Of a stretch of 64,000 nt of DNA, positions 20,045 to 29,165 are shown one piece after another. The stretch comes from a virus (taxonomy: Duplodnaviria; Caudoviricetes), in IMG/VR virus record IMGVR_UViG_2510065010_000001, positions 32,001 to 96,000 of that record; one strand, 5' to 3'. Under the pieces are notes generated by a model. The model saw only the letters and a list, made by a program, of their open reading frames with translations. It searched no databases and was not told the origin of the DNA. How positions within the stretch are numbered: position 1 is the first letter of the stretch; each line of letters opens with the position of its first letter. The position numbers and the translations under genes were made by a program.

Positions 20045-20761
20045 TCAGAAACTTAGCTGACGTTGTTGAATTGATGAGATAACAAAGTCTATCAGCACTT
20101 TAATAATCCCAGTAAGTGCACTTAATCCTGCACCAACAAGGGTTCCAGCTCCACCAACTTTAATTGCTAAATCTGCCATTCCGATTGCCATCTGTCTAAT
20201 GAAACCTTTAAGCGTTGCATCTATCGACAGGGCATTCAAACCATCTAGAAAGTCGATGTAGCTAGCACACGTTACACTTGGGCTAAGGTCACCACTGAAA
20301 CTCTCGACAATTTTTGACCGATTAAGAGCATTGTTGTTGTTGAAGTAGTCTAGCCTAGCACTTAGAACTGCTGGTATCTCTTGCAATCCAGACACTTGTG
20401 TGAAGAAAGTTGCTACTGCGATTTTTCCTTGTTTAATTGTTGCTGCGTATGGATTTCTTGTTGTTACTCCTTCACGATTTCCTCCAGCCTTACTGTTAAA
20501 AGTTTGTGCTCTTACAATTATTCTGTACAACCCTGTGTATCTCTCTAAAGCTTTTACTTCACTTGACTTTACTGGGACTAATCCAGATATTGCAAACGCC
20601 CAATTAGACTTTGGGATTACGAAGCATCCGAATGCACCATACAGTTGATTATCCTGAGTTCTTACGGCTATAACGTTATTAGCTAAAGCATTGACAGGAT
20701 TAGTAATTACAATCAATCCTGTTAACACCACGCACAGCAGCACTTTAAGGACTTTATTCAT
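20045..20761 (-). CDS. Secreted protein, paralog family A (copy 3)
   Basis: Signal peptide; aligns by eye to 7218..7919; Gly-rich hydrophobic C-terminal helix. Confidence 0.7.
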   Translation of the reverse strand: MNKVLKVLLCVVLTGLIVITNPVNALANNVIAVRTQDNQLYGAFGCFVIPKSNWAFAISGLVPVKSSEVKALERYTGLYRIIVRAQTFNSKAGGNREGVTTRNPYAATIKQGKIAVATFFTQVSGLQEIPAVLSARLDYFNNNNALNRSKIVESFSGDLSPSVTCASYIDFLDGLNALSIDATLKGFIRQMAIGMADLAIKVGGAGTLVGAGLSALTGIIKVLIDFVISSIQQRQLSF

Positions 20762-20880
20762 TTTTTTAGTAAACTCTTCTTTTCTCTTTTAAGCTTTTAT
20801 TGCTCTTATTATGTACTCATAAAAATGATTGGAGATAAGTATTTTTATCGATCGCTCGTAAAACCCCTGTGCCTAGCTAC

Positions 20881-20913
20881 AAGCCCCGTCCCCTTGTGGG
20901 CGGGGTAATTGAC
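20881..20913 (+). mobile_element. Solo IS200/IS605-type end (hairpin + TGAC)
   Basis: aagccccgtccccttgtgggcggggtaattgac; sister copy at 31250. Confidence 0.55.
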
Positions 20914-20935
20914 TTAACTTGCTGCTGTGGTTAAT

Positions 20936-20961
20936 AAAAAGGGAGGTTTACCTCCCCTTTC
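20936..20961 (-). terminator. Intrinsic terminator
   Basis: gggagg-ttta-cctccc stem with U-tract downstream of 20992 gene. Confidence 0.65.
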
Positions 20962-20991
20962 TGTAATTTACCGAAACCATTCAATTTCAGC

Positions 20992-22122
20992 TTACAACAC
21001 GCCACCTAAGAACAACAGGCTGCGTACAGTACCAGGCGCACCCACTGATTTAATAACAAAGTGAGTCACCAGTCCGGTAAGAATTAGCACGGCACCAGGG
21101 ATTACTCCAGCACCGAGGATAACCGTTAGTGTGGCAATTGCCAGTGCAATAAAGTGAGCACCAGATTGCAGCCCTATCACTTTGTAGTTGTTGTAAACGT
21201 AAGGTAGGAGGATTCTTGAAACGATTGCTCCCACGAGAAGTAGTGCGATCGCTTCAAACCCAACACCTAGCGGCAACTCCATCGCCAACACAGATTTACC
21301 CGTTGCGATGCCCTGAATAGTTGCAATCAAACCGAATGCTTCGATTGCTTGTTCGGCAGCAGCGCTTGTTAATTGGGTTCCGGCATTAGTCTTACGACTG
21401 GTTGCTTGGGTTATTAAGTTAGGTGAGATACCAGGCGTTGCCATTGCAAGGATGGTACCAATTGATAACTTAATAAAGTCGGGAAGCCAGATGGTTTTGA
21501 TTACGCCTTCAAACTGAAGGCGGGGGTCAGGCTGACCGGGTTCTGTTTTCTTAGGACGCATTGCATCAATGCAACCTGGAATTAAAAAGACTGCTGCTCC
21601 TAACACGTAAATTGGGTTAGAGATATTTAGCATTGGTGCCAGGGCAAAGAATGCTTGAGAGAAGAACAGATAACCCAGAATTACCCACCAATGTTGTTTG
21701 AAACTACCCCACAGCAATGCAGTTATTAACACTGCAACAACTGGAGTGATAGGTAGGGTTGTGAATGGGATAACAATTCCGCCGAGCCAGGTTGCTGCAA
21801 AGATGCCTAGAGCACTACCGATTACTTTTGCCCAGTAGGATGATTCGGTCATCTGTTTGGGGTCAATTTGGTGTTGCTCTTCTTGAGCGCCGCTAGCAAC
21901 GTTTACGTTACCGCTGGCATTAGGTGTAAGTGCTTCTTTGGCACTACCTAAAATATTTGAAACTGTATAGGCAGTGATAGTAGCAGCGATTGCTGCATCT
22001 GGTCCAAGTAGACCAAGGACTGAGGCACCTGCAACTGCATGTTGAGGTCCGAGTCCGGGAATTAAGGCAGTCCCTACTCCAATGAGGGTACCACCGATCG
22101 CTCCTGCAATTAGTCCGATCAT
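20992..22122 (-). CDS. Polytopic membrane protein, TctA/DUF112-like permease
   Basis: About 10 hydrophobic segments; duplicated G..G....LIPG / TPGISP motif; strong RBS GGAGGG. Confidence 0.65.
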   Translation of the reverse strand: MIGLIAGAIGGTLIGVGTALIPGLGPQHAVAGASVLGLLGPDAAIAATITAYTVSNILGSAKEALTPNASGNVNVASGAQEEQHQIDPKQMTESSYWAKVIGSALGIFAATWLGGIVIPFTTLPITPVVAVLITALLWGSFKQHWWVILGYLFFSQAFFALAPMLNISNPIYVLGAAVFLIPGCIDAMRPKKTEPGQPDPRLQFEGVIKTIWLPDFIKLSIGTILAMATPGISPNLITQATSRKTNAGTQLTSAAAEQAIEAFGLIATIQGIATGKSVLAMELPLGVGFEAIALLLVGAIVSRILLPYVYNNYKVIGLQSGAHFIALAIATLTVILGAGVIPGAVLILTGLVTHFVIKSVGAPGTVRSLLFLGGVL

Positions 22123-22191
22123 GTCGTTACCCTCCTTGGGTAAGTCTTTATGGTTGTAGTTGAAAACTTGAACAGTTCGAGAACTTAAAAC

Positions 22192-22221
22192 AAAAAATCC
22201 CGCCGGGTGATGGCGGGATTT
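22192..22221 (-). terminator. Intrinsic terminator
   Basis: aatcccgcc..ggcgggatt stem followed by U-tract on minus strand. Confidence 0.7.
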
Positions 22222-22247
22222 AGCAGTTCGGACGTGATGAAACGTGT

Positions 22248-22550
22248 CTACAGCTTATCACTTACTTGTTCTTTTAGAAATGGGCTTCCAGAGAGCAACA
22301 TGCTGCTAATAATGTTCTGTCGTGCCATGCACAGAATTAATGTGTCTTGCAGTAAACCGACCAGCTGCTCTTTGCTGGCATTGCGAAACTGACGGCACAT
22401 GTTTAGATAATGGAATTGTTGCTCCATTGATAGATCTTTAGCCTTTTCAGCTAGTTCTCTATCAGTGTATCCGCCGCAAGAGTCTCCTCTCATTTCGTTA
22501 AGGTCAGGTTGGTTGGGTTGATCATGGTCGTCTGGATAAAGAATGGTCAT
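22248..22550 (-). CDS. NblA-like phycobilisome degradation protein (tentative)
   Basis: LSMEQQFHY....Q....S.EQL..LL......M.RQN resembles the NblA LSLEQQF..EQA..M..N pattern; extended N-terminus. Confidence 0.65.
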   Translation of the reverse strand: MTILYPDDHDQPNQPDLNEMRGDSCGGYTDRELAEKAKDLSMEQQFHYLNMCRQFRNASKEQLVGLLQDTLILCMARQNIISSMLLSGSPFLKEQVSDKL

Positions 22551-22736
22551 GGTTTTTTTCCTGCGTAATAGAAGAAGTTTGGTCTAAGTGTAACGGGAAA
22601 TCGGAGTAAACCGGAATTCCACTTTTATACTCTCTCCTCTGTAAGCCATCAAACCAGCACCTAGAGACTTGCTCACACTGATTTGAGGTAAAGGGTAGGA
22701 AAGAACTAGGGAGTTACACTGCCCTTGTGATAAGGT

Positions 22737-24134
22737 TCAAGTAGGTCGCGCTACTGGTCGTATAGAACCTTCATCACACCACCCTGTTACTAGGAGTGGC
22801 TTTGAATAGTAACGCTGGCAGAATTTGAGCGCAATATTGCGACACGCATTCAAGCCAGCGTTAATGATTTTTCCAGATCGGGAAACTGCCAAGGAGCCAG
22901 GATGATAACCTTCCGCTTGCCGGAAGTAATCCCAGTTCTCCTCGTCAAAAACCAGCCATTGAGCTTGCCACATCGCACTGACCCGCATTACAGGTTCACC
23001 GCTTATCGCCTCGGTGTTCGATGTGTTTCGAGGGTTGACCCTGGCAGTTAGAATGTTGTGGTCCTGTCGCGCAATCCGGGCTACTTGCTGCCACACTGCC
23101 GACTTCAGCCAGTAAGCTCGTTTTTGGTTTGAACGTCTGGAGTACTTCCCTTTCTGGGGTCGCAACCTAGTCAGGTGTTCAAACACAATGACAGCGCATC
23201 CATGACGAGCGGCAAACTCAGTAATTTGCCGAGCCTGCTTTCTGGCTTGGTCTTGCTCGGTATTACGAACTTTCTGCCAACGGGTTGAGGCAAACCCTTC
23301 GCCAATGATCCCAGTCCGATTCATCGATTGGGCAATCTTGCCGATTCGTGACTTCCTAAGTGTTGTATGGCATTTGTGACCGGATGTTATCATCCGGGCG
23401 ACTTCACGTAATTTGCCATTCACTTCCACGTCGTAGACTGCACATTTGGTGAGTTCCCCATCCAGGTCAAGATCAACCGAGCAGATCCGGCTTCCATCCT
23501 GCATCACCTTGTTTAATCCACCAGTGGCAAGCTGGTAACGTTCCACGACCCAACTTAGCCATGCTGAGCCATTTGCCCTGGTGACCAGGGTGGGGGTAGA
23601 AAGCGTCCATCCCTCTGGGTGCTGGGGAGATTGATAGGTGAATTTAACCCATTTCCAGACTCCTTTAACGACAATCTTCAAGACTATGGACCGCCCGTCA
23701 TCCTCTTTGAACATCCCTGCGTATAGCGTGGCATTGAGGCGTAATTCAGTGGGCAAGGTGGGAGGACGATGCTTCTTGGACGACTTACCCCTCCTGGCTA
23801 ACCGCTTCGCTTCTCGCGCCTGCCAGTTCTGATAACTAGAGCGCCAGGATTTATAGATGCCAATCGCCTTCGCTAAGGCTGCACGTCGGAATAGCTGTGG
23901 GCAGTCAAACGGGAATGTTTGGGCTGCCTCTGGGCTGAAGAATCGCGGTTCATAGTAACGCTTGAAGTCAGCCACATCTACGCCACCTGGGTCCTCTGCA
24001 ATAATCAGCAACCAGAATAAAGCAATATCACTGAACAGTTGATTGGTTTCGGTTAAATCAAATCCATCACGCAGCAACTTGGTTTGCAGCGTTTTAGTTT
24101 CAATTCGATAGCCTTTCTTTTTGCTCAGTGGCAT
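22737..24134 (-). CDS. tnpB: TnpB-family protein with atypical RuvC-III
   Basis: SVDLD, VFEHL, VNPRNTS; RuvC-III reads NAGLNA instead of NADxNA; no zinc-ribbon cysteines. Confidence 0.8.
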   Translation of the reverse strand: MPLSKKKGYRIETKTLQTKLLRDGFDLTETNQLFSDIALFWLLIIAEDPGGVDVADFKRYYEPRFFSPEAAQTFPFDCPQLFRRAALAKAIGIYKSWRSSYQNWQAREAKRLARRGKSSKKHRPPTLPTELRLNATLYAGMFKEDDGRSIVLKIVVKGVWKWVKFTYQSPQHPEGWTLSTPTLVTRANGSAWLSWVVERYQLATGGLNKVMQDGSRICSVDLDLDGELTKCAVYDVEVNGKLREVARMITSGHKCHTTLRKSRIGKIAQSMNRTGIIGEGFASTRWQKVRNTEQDQARKQARQITEFAARHGCAVIVFEHLTRLRPQKGKYSRRSNQKRAYWLKSAVWQQVARIARQDHNILTARVNPRNTSNTEAISGEPVMRVSAMWQAQWLVFDEENWDYFRQAEGYHPGSLAVSRSGKIINAGLNACRNIALKFCQRYYSKPLLVTGWCDEGSIRPVARPT

Positions 24135-24193
24135 TGTTCTACTTGTTGTACTTCAGGGTCGTTTTGGATTTCTTTTTTGTACCTTCTTAGGAA

Positions 24194-24459
24194 CTGACAT
24201 CCTCCCGACGCTGATGCTTCGCATACAGCGCGGGGTTCCTCCTTCATCCAGCCGACTTGTCCAAACCAATTGCTTGATTCAGATAGAGGTCGTTCTGTCC
24301 AGAGGCGTTCATTCCGGTATGCCCTACCGTACTCAAACCAGCCAGCCTCAATCCCTTCTCCAGGATGTTCCACGCTGCATTTTTATCTCTGCATCGAACA
24401 GAGCCGCAGTGAGGACATACATGGGTGCGAGTGCTGACTGGATACCCGTTTAGTTTTAA
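24194..24459 (-). mobile_element. 266-bp internally deleted IS605-type element (tnpB 3' end only)
   Basis: Starts after TTAC, ends GTCAG; encodes HVCPHCG..RDKNAAWNI; removal rejoins a 50-aa ORF 24543-24460 + 24193-24125 in frame. Confidence 0.8.
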
Positions 24460-24572
24460 GTAACAGGACCACCAGATGGCGTTTTCTTTGACTATCCACC
24501 ACCCTAACTGGATGGTCTTGAATACTTTGTACAACTGATACATTACGGTTTACATGGGAGATTAATAGGTTT

Positions 24573-25313
24573 TTAGCACAATTGGCTTATAGAGACATCC
24601 GTGTTGAATCGTGATACGTATTTCTTTGGAGGAGTTCTACTGCAGTTGCATCTTTTGCATAGAATTCTCAGCGTTGCGTTCTTTTTGTGGAATCTTCTCC
24701 ATGTTGCTTTGAACTTATTATCCTCCTTCTTAAATATTCGGAAGTGGTATACAGGGTCGTCATCAAACTCCATTGGGACGCTAGTTACAGTCTCCTCGAA
24801 TTTTTCCACTAAGGTTATTAATGGTTCTATATGGTCAACTTCAGGACGATCTAAGCTTCCACACAGCTCACATACAAGTGGGTTATCGCTTTTGAACTTA
24901 AGGATTTGGTCATCAACTGAATTTCTGTACGCTTCTAACCTACTGTTATCTGGCGTGTCTTTTTCAGGAGATATGCACACTTCATAACTGAAGTCTACAG
25001 AAGACCCATCTAGACGCTGCACGTAAAAACAATAACAGTTAGACTTATTAACCCCTTGTTGATTTTGTGTCCGTTTCACAAATATAGCTTTCACACCATT
25101 TCCGATCTTTTCATTTGCTTGAGGGTGGCGATCAAGCAATGCTCTGATGATCTCGAACTCCCGACCTCTCAGTTGTTTATTAATGTTCTTCTTTAGCAGG
25201 AACTTTATATTTCTAGTCGCCTCAGCCTTTGTTTCATACTTGACTATGCCAAGGTCTACAGGTTTAGCGTGTTTTGGTGGTTTTCGCTTTTGTTTTTGGT
25301 GTTCTAGCAACAT
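24573..25313 (-). CDS. DCL/DUF3223 domain fused to HNH endonuclease
   Basis: RHP...EKIG.G......CFYV.R.DGS..DFSY..C, then CxxC..EVDH..LRILCxxCN. Confidence 0.8.
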   Translation of the reverse strand: MLLEHQKQKRKPPKHAKPVDLGIVKYETKAEATRNIKFLLKKNINKQLRGREFEIIRALLDRHPQANEKIGNGVKAIFVKRTQNQQGVNKSNCYCFYVQRLDGSSVDFSYEVCISPEKDTPDNSRLEAYRNSVDDQILKFKSDNPLVCELCGSLDRPEVDHIEPLITLVEKFEETVTSVPMEFDDDPVYHFRIFKKEDNKFKATWRRFHKKNATLRILCKRCNCSRTPPKKYVSRFNTDVSISQLC

Positions 25314-25490
25314 GCGTTTGCTCTATTAATATCAAAAGAACTCCAGCATAAGCTAGAGTTCCGAGTTAAAGTAAAGGTGGTAACTAACACAACGCTTCTG
25401 CTGGGTGCCAACCGCTGAAGCATTCCCCCTTTTACAAGTGCTAATGAAAGCTTACCTGTTAAAAGAGTGTCAAAGACTGCTTGGAGCTTT

Positions 25491-25574
25491 TAGCTATCAA
25501 GGGGCTTCTAGATTGGTAGAAGTTTGTAGCTATCAAGGGGCTTCTAGATTGGTAGAAGTTTGTAGCTATCAAGG
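25491..25574 (+). repeat. 36-bp tandem repeat, 2.3 copies
   Basis: tagctatcaaggggcttctagattggtagaagtttg at 25491 and 25527, partial at 25563. Confidence 0.9.
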
Positions 25575-25589
25575 AGTCTCGACATTCTT

Positions 25590-27458
25590 ATGGTAGCAGT
25601 TGTTCAGTTAAAACACCCACTCTTTGCAGATAAACCTGAAAAAGTATCAAGGGCGATCGCTTCACTAAATGCCTGTAGTGGTTCATCTGATACTCTTAGA
25701 ATTCTTCAAAAACCCACTCAAACCTGCGCCAGCCAAGCATTCCAACTCTTACGTTCTTCTGACCACTCTTCCCACTCTTCCCACTCTTCCCACTCTTCCC
25801 ACTCTTCCCACTCTTCCCACTCTTACAACGCATTCCAACTCTTACGTTCTTCTGACCACTCTTCCCACTCTTACAACGCATTCCAACTTTTACGTTCTTT
25901 AGACCACTCATTCCACTTAAGTTATTCCAACGATCCTAACTGCTCTAGCTATACATCCCAACTCTTACATTTTTCTAACCACTCAAATCACTCAGCCTGT
26001 TCTAGCTGTTCTAACCGATTTAGTTGTTCTAGCCACTCATTTCAGCTTTTACATGTTTCTAAAGCTTCAAGCTGGTCTACTTGTGTAAGAGATTCTAATG
26101 GGTTTAATCCATCTTACGTTTCTAACCCTAGTCAGGTTAGTTCTAGTGGCTCTGATGATCTTTCGTTTGTATCAAGTAGGAGTGGTCAGAGAGTATCTAG
26201 GTGGTTAGGCAAGTTATTAGGGTATTTATCAGACAGCGATGCCGGGGCGAGTGGGAATAGAGATCAGTTTAATAGTTCTAATAAGGTTATTGGTAGCAGT
26301 TGCGAGTCAGCTGGGCGGCAGTTAGTTGGCAAACGTTTGTCTTTGGTTGATAACAGCATTGGGTTAGGTGTTATCAGTAGCAAGACTGGGGCGGCTGGCA
26401 GTTACGCCTCTAATAAGGTATCGTCTAGTTCACGTAGAGAGCGTTCTGTTCGTGGGTTATCCCGCAGTGGTTCAAAAACTATCCGGCGTGGGATTTTAGA
26501 GTTAGCCTCACGAAGTCAGTCAGCTGGTGGGTTAATGGAGTTTATTACTTTGACAGTACCTACCAGGCGAGCTGGTGGGGATTTGTCATCTATGGATTTC
26601 AGCGCACTCAACAATAACTTTGCCTCTATAGCCACAGAGATACGTAAGGGGTTAGAGAATGTTAATAAATCTGCAGGTAAGGCTGGTGTGCCGACCGTTT
26701 CAGTCACGTCAGAAGTTTTTCTGGTTAAGGAATTACAGGTTAGCCGTTCTCTTTTTAATCATGTTCCCGTACCACATTTGCACATTGTTTGTAGGGTTGC
26801 TGGGAGTGCTGACAGTGGTGGGATGAATAAACACGAGCGCGACGTGTGGCGTGAGATTATCACTAACTTGTGGAAGAAAGCCTTATTAAAGCGATTTACT
26901 AATAAATGGAATTATTACAACTGGGCGGCGTGTTCGTCTTCTCAGCCTGTTCGTAACGTAAAAGCCACAGCACGGTATCTTGCTAAATGGGAGAGTAAAG
27001 GTAGCAATGATATTGAGAACTTGAAGGATTCGGGTATTGACGTTACTTCTCTAGCTGGGCGTTGGTATTACTGCTCTAACCGTCTTCGGAAGGTGCTAGA
27101 AGACCAGACAGTCGTTTTAACGGATCAGCAACAGGAGCGTTTACAGGAGTGGGTTCAAACTAGAGATCGTAGGTATATCCGCCACGCTCATTTTGTGAAA
27201 CCACATCAGCATTGTGGGTCTATTGGAGCTTCTGTCCAGTTGACAGATGAAGGTATTGCTGAATTGTTGTTGGAGTCGGAAGAAGTTAAGCAAGCGTCTG
27301 TTTTACCATCTACGAACTTTATTTACAAGATTGCTCTTTTCTTGTGTCTTTTTTGCCCGATGTCTGCTTTCGCTTGTTGTGTCGTCACACTGCACTACTT
27401 TGACTATTTCTTATTAAGTGCCGAACGTGGTCCTCCTCCTCCTCCTGCGAAAACCTAA
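25590..27458 (+). CDS. HUH rolling-circle replication initiator-like protein with Ser/His-rich N-terminus
   Basis: Motif I FITLT, motif II PHLHIV, motif III YLAK; true start may be downstream. Confidence 0.8.
   Translation: MVAVVQLKHPLFADKPEKVSRAIASLNACSGSSDTLRILQKPTQTCASQAFQLLRSSDHSSHSSHSSHSSHSSHSSHSYNAFQLLRSSDHSSHSYNAFQLLRSLDHSFHLSYSNDPNCSSYTSQLLHFSNHSNHSACSSCSNRFSCSSHSFQLLHVSKASSWSTCVRDSNGFNPSYVSNPSQVSSSGSDDLSFVSSRSGQRVSRWLGKLLGYLSDSDAGASGNRDQFNSSNKVIGSSCESAGRQLVGKRLSLVDNSIGLGVISSKTGAAGSYASNKVSSSSRRERSVRGLSRSGSKTIRRGILELASRSQSAGGLMEFITLTVPTRRAGGDLSSMDFSALNNNFASIATEIRKGLENVNKSAGKAGVPTVSVTSEVFLVKELQVSRSLFNHVPVPHLHIVCRVAGSADSGGMNKHERDVWREIITNLWKKALLKRFTNKWNYYNWAACSSSQPVRNVKATARYLAKWESKGSNDIENLKDSGIDVTSLAGRWYYCSNRLRKVLEDQTVVLTDQQQERLQEWVQTRDRRYIRHAHFVKPHQHCGSIGASVQLTDEGIAELLLESEEVKQASVLPSTNFIYKIALFLCLFCPMSAFACCVVTLHYFDYFLLSAERGPPPPPAKT
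25738..25910 (+). repeat. Nested CCACTCTTC (about 7 copies) and 48-bp tandem repeats
   Basis: Read directly; encodes SHS repeats. Confidence 0.9.
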
Positions 27459-27475
27459 CCCTTACCTAACCCTTG

Positions 27476-27519
27476 CCGATCTCAAGCATAAGTACTAGCG
27501 TACTTATGCTTGAGATCGG
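27476..27519. repeat. Perfect 20-bp inverted repeat with 4-nt loop
   Basis: ccgatctcaagcataagtac-tagc-gtacttatgcttgagatcgg, 17 bp after the Rep stop. Confidence 0.95.
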
Positions 27520-27839
27520 GGCGCGATTGCGTTTCAGCCCCCTCTCGCTCCTTTCGTGCCTCTTTTCGCCTCTTCTGCGTCTTCCAACCTTAGTGAACCA
27601 AGTGTTCTCGTAGCACAGCGGCTATATTTCCCACCATATGTTTGTGCTGGTGTACTTGCTCCAGGGACATCCACTCCCCGTCTTCTGCTCTACCGAGGCA
27701 AGTTACAGAGTCTTCTGGGATTATTAATCCTGGTTCATCAGATTCAGCGTGGCTGAAATATTGAGCCACTCTCACAGCATAGTAAAAACGGCTGAAACCC
27801 ACTGTTTCCTCGGACTCCACAGAATTGTGGAATCGGGAG

Positions 27840-28259
27840 TTAGTTCCCCCGTACTGAATGAATCCCCTCTTTATTAAACTGAACCCACCCGTGTCCTTCC
27901 ACCTTTCCATACACACCGTCGCCGTGTTCTCTGACTTCTAGCAGCCTTCCTTCAACTGCTGCATCTTTGTCAGGTTGCCATTTCACGAGGCTGAAGGTGC
28001 CCCCTTGTTTAGTAAGGGTTGCTTTGCCACGACCGAGCTTGCCATTGTCTATAGACCCATATGCGTTCAGCTGGTGACCTGTTTGGTCAGTGATGGTTAC
28101 GCTGCGTCCGTCTTGATGGATTACCTGAGCATTGTTAATAACAAAACTCGAACTGTTCGAGATCTGAGCTTGTGCGATAGTTACCTGCTTGGTTGGTGTG
28201 ATTCGCATGACGAGTCCAACTGCGATCGCAGTAACCGCACCGAAAATTAATAATTTCAT
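27840..28259 (-). CDS. Exported hypothetical protein
   Basis: Hydrophobic N-terminus, RBS GGAGGA. Confidence 0.6.
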   Translation of the reverse strand: MKLLIFGAVTAIAVGLVMRITPTKQVTIAQAQISNSSSFVINNAQVIHQDGRSVTITDQTGHQLNAYGSIDNGKLGRGKATLTKQGGTFSLVKWQPDKDAAVEGRLLEVREHGDGVYGKVEGHGWVQFNKEGIHSVRGN

Positions 28260-28290
28260 GATCTTTGTCCTCCAGATAGATTACCTTTGT

Positions 28291-29061
28291 CTATTCATTG
28301 AATTCTTTTTTGTTTTCTTCAGTTAGGAAGTTCCTAAGTTCTGGGTGATCAGCAATTAAGATTGATAATTTTTTCATCGTTGTTAGGTCGTTTCTGTTAC
28401 TTTCCACAAGGTTGTTTAGGTTATATGCTGCCTCTTTCCAATTCACTATTTCAGTCAGTTCTTTTGCAATTTTGCTAATCTCTTTTAACACTGATTTTTG
28501 ACCTTCTATAGCGTCTGACAGTTCTCTTATATTTCTATTCAGCTGTGCAAACGTTAGTAACAACCCAAAGTCATCTGTCGTAGGTTCTTTCACTTCTTTT
28601 TTATAATTGCTGTCTGCTGCAAACTCCGCTAGTACCCTTATGCCTTTGCGAACCGGGTCTTTAAGTCTTATTGTTATTTCGTTTATCAAATAGTTTATTT
28701 TCTCTAATTTCAGTTCTCTTAACTTGTCTTTCAGCGTTTCTAATTCTTCATCTGGACCGCAGTTTAACGACCCGTTTAGGATTGGGTCGTACTTATTGAT
28801 CAACTTGTTTTCAAGTTCTCTTAGTCCATTAGTGCTTGCTTCTAACCACGCTATGTGCACATCTCTTTTGTCAACTAAGAATTCCAACTTATGATGTCTT
28901 CTCCACCTGTCTTTTATGTTGGTGCTCATTCCTATATAAAGTATTTCTGTTCTACCTAGTACGAAGTACACTCCTGCTACTTCTGGTAGGTTACTTCTAT
29001 TACTTACTGCTACCTTAGGTAGTTCAGTTATGTTGACTTCATTTATGCAGTAAATATCCAT
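28291..29061 (-). CDS. GIY-YIG nuclease with C-terminal coiled coil
   Basis: GVYF..LYIG.S.N...R...H, E..LI....P.LN. Confidence 0.85.
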   Translation of the reverse strand: MDIYCINEVNITELPKVAVSNRSNLPEVAGVYFVLGRTEILYIGMSTNIKDRWRRHHKLEFLVDKRDVHIAWLEASTNGLRELENKLINKYDPILNGSLNCGPDEELETLKDKLRELKLEKINYLINEITIRLKDPVRKGIRVLAEFAADSNYKKEVKEPTTDDFGLLLTFAQLNRNIRELSDAIEGQKSVLKEISKIAKELTEIVNWKEAAYNLNNLVESNRNDLTTMKKLSILIADHPELRNFLTEENKKEFNE

Positions 29062-29165
29062 ATTTTTAAGTTTTTGTCGTTTTGACTATGCTAGTTTATA
29101 TTTGTGAGGTCACAAGCCTCACAACTTAAAGTCTTGTGGTCACAAGTAATGTCACAACACAAAAT

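Noticed and set aside
24194-24459. Upstream guide cassette belonging to the atypical TnpB at 22737
   Set aside because: It has its own TTAC/TCAG ends, derives from a different (zinc-ribbon) TnpB type, and its removal restores a host ORF
25405-25911. Short ORFs with LPT/GKS/SYQGASRLVEVC repeats
   Set aside because: By-products of tandem repeats in alternative frames
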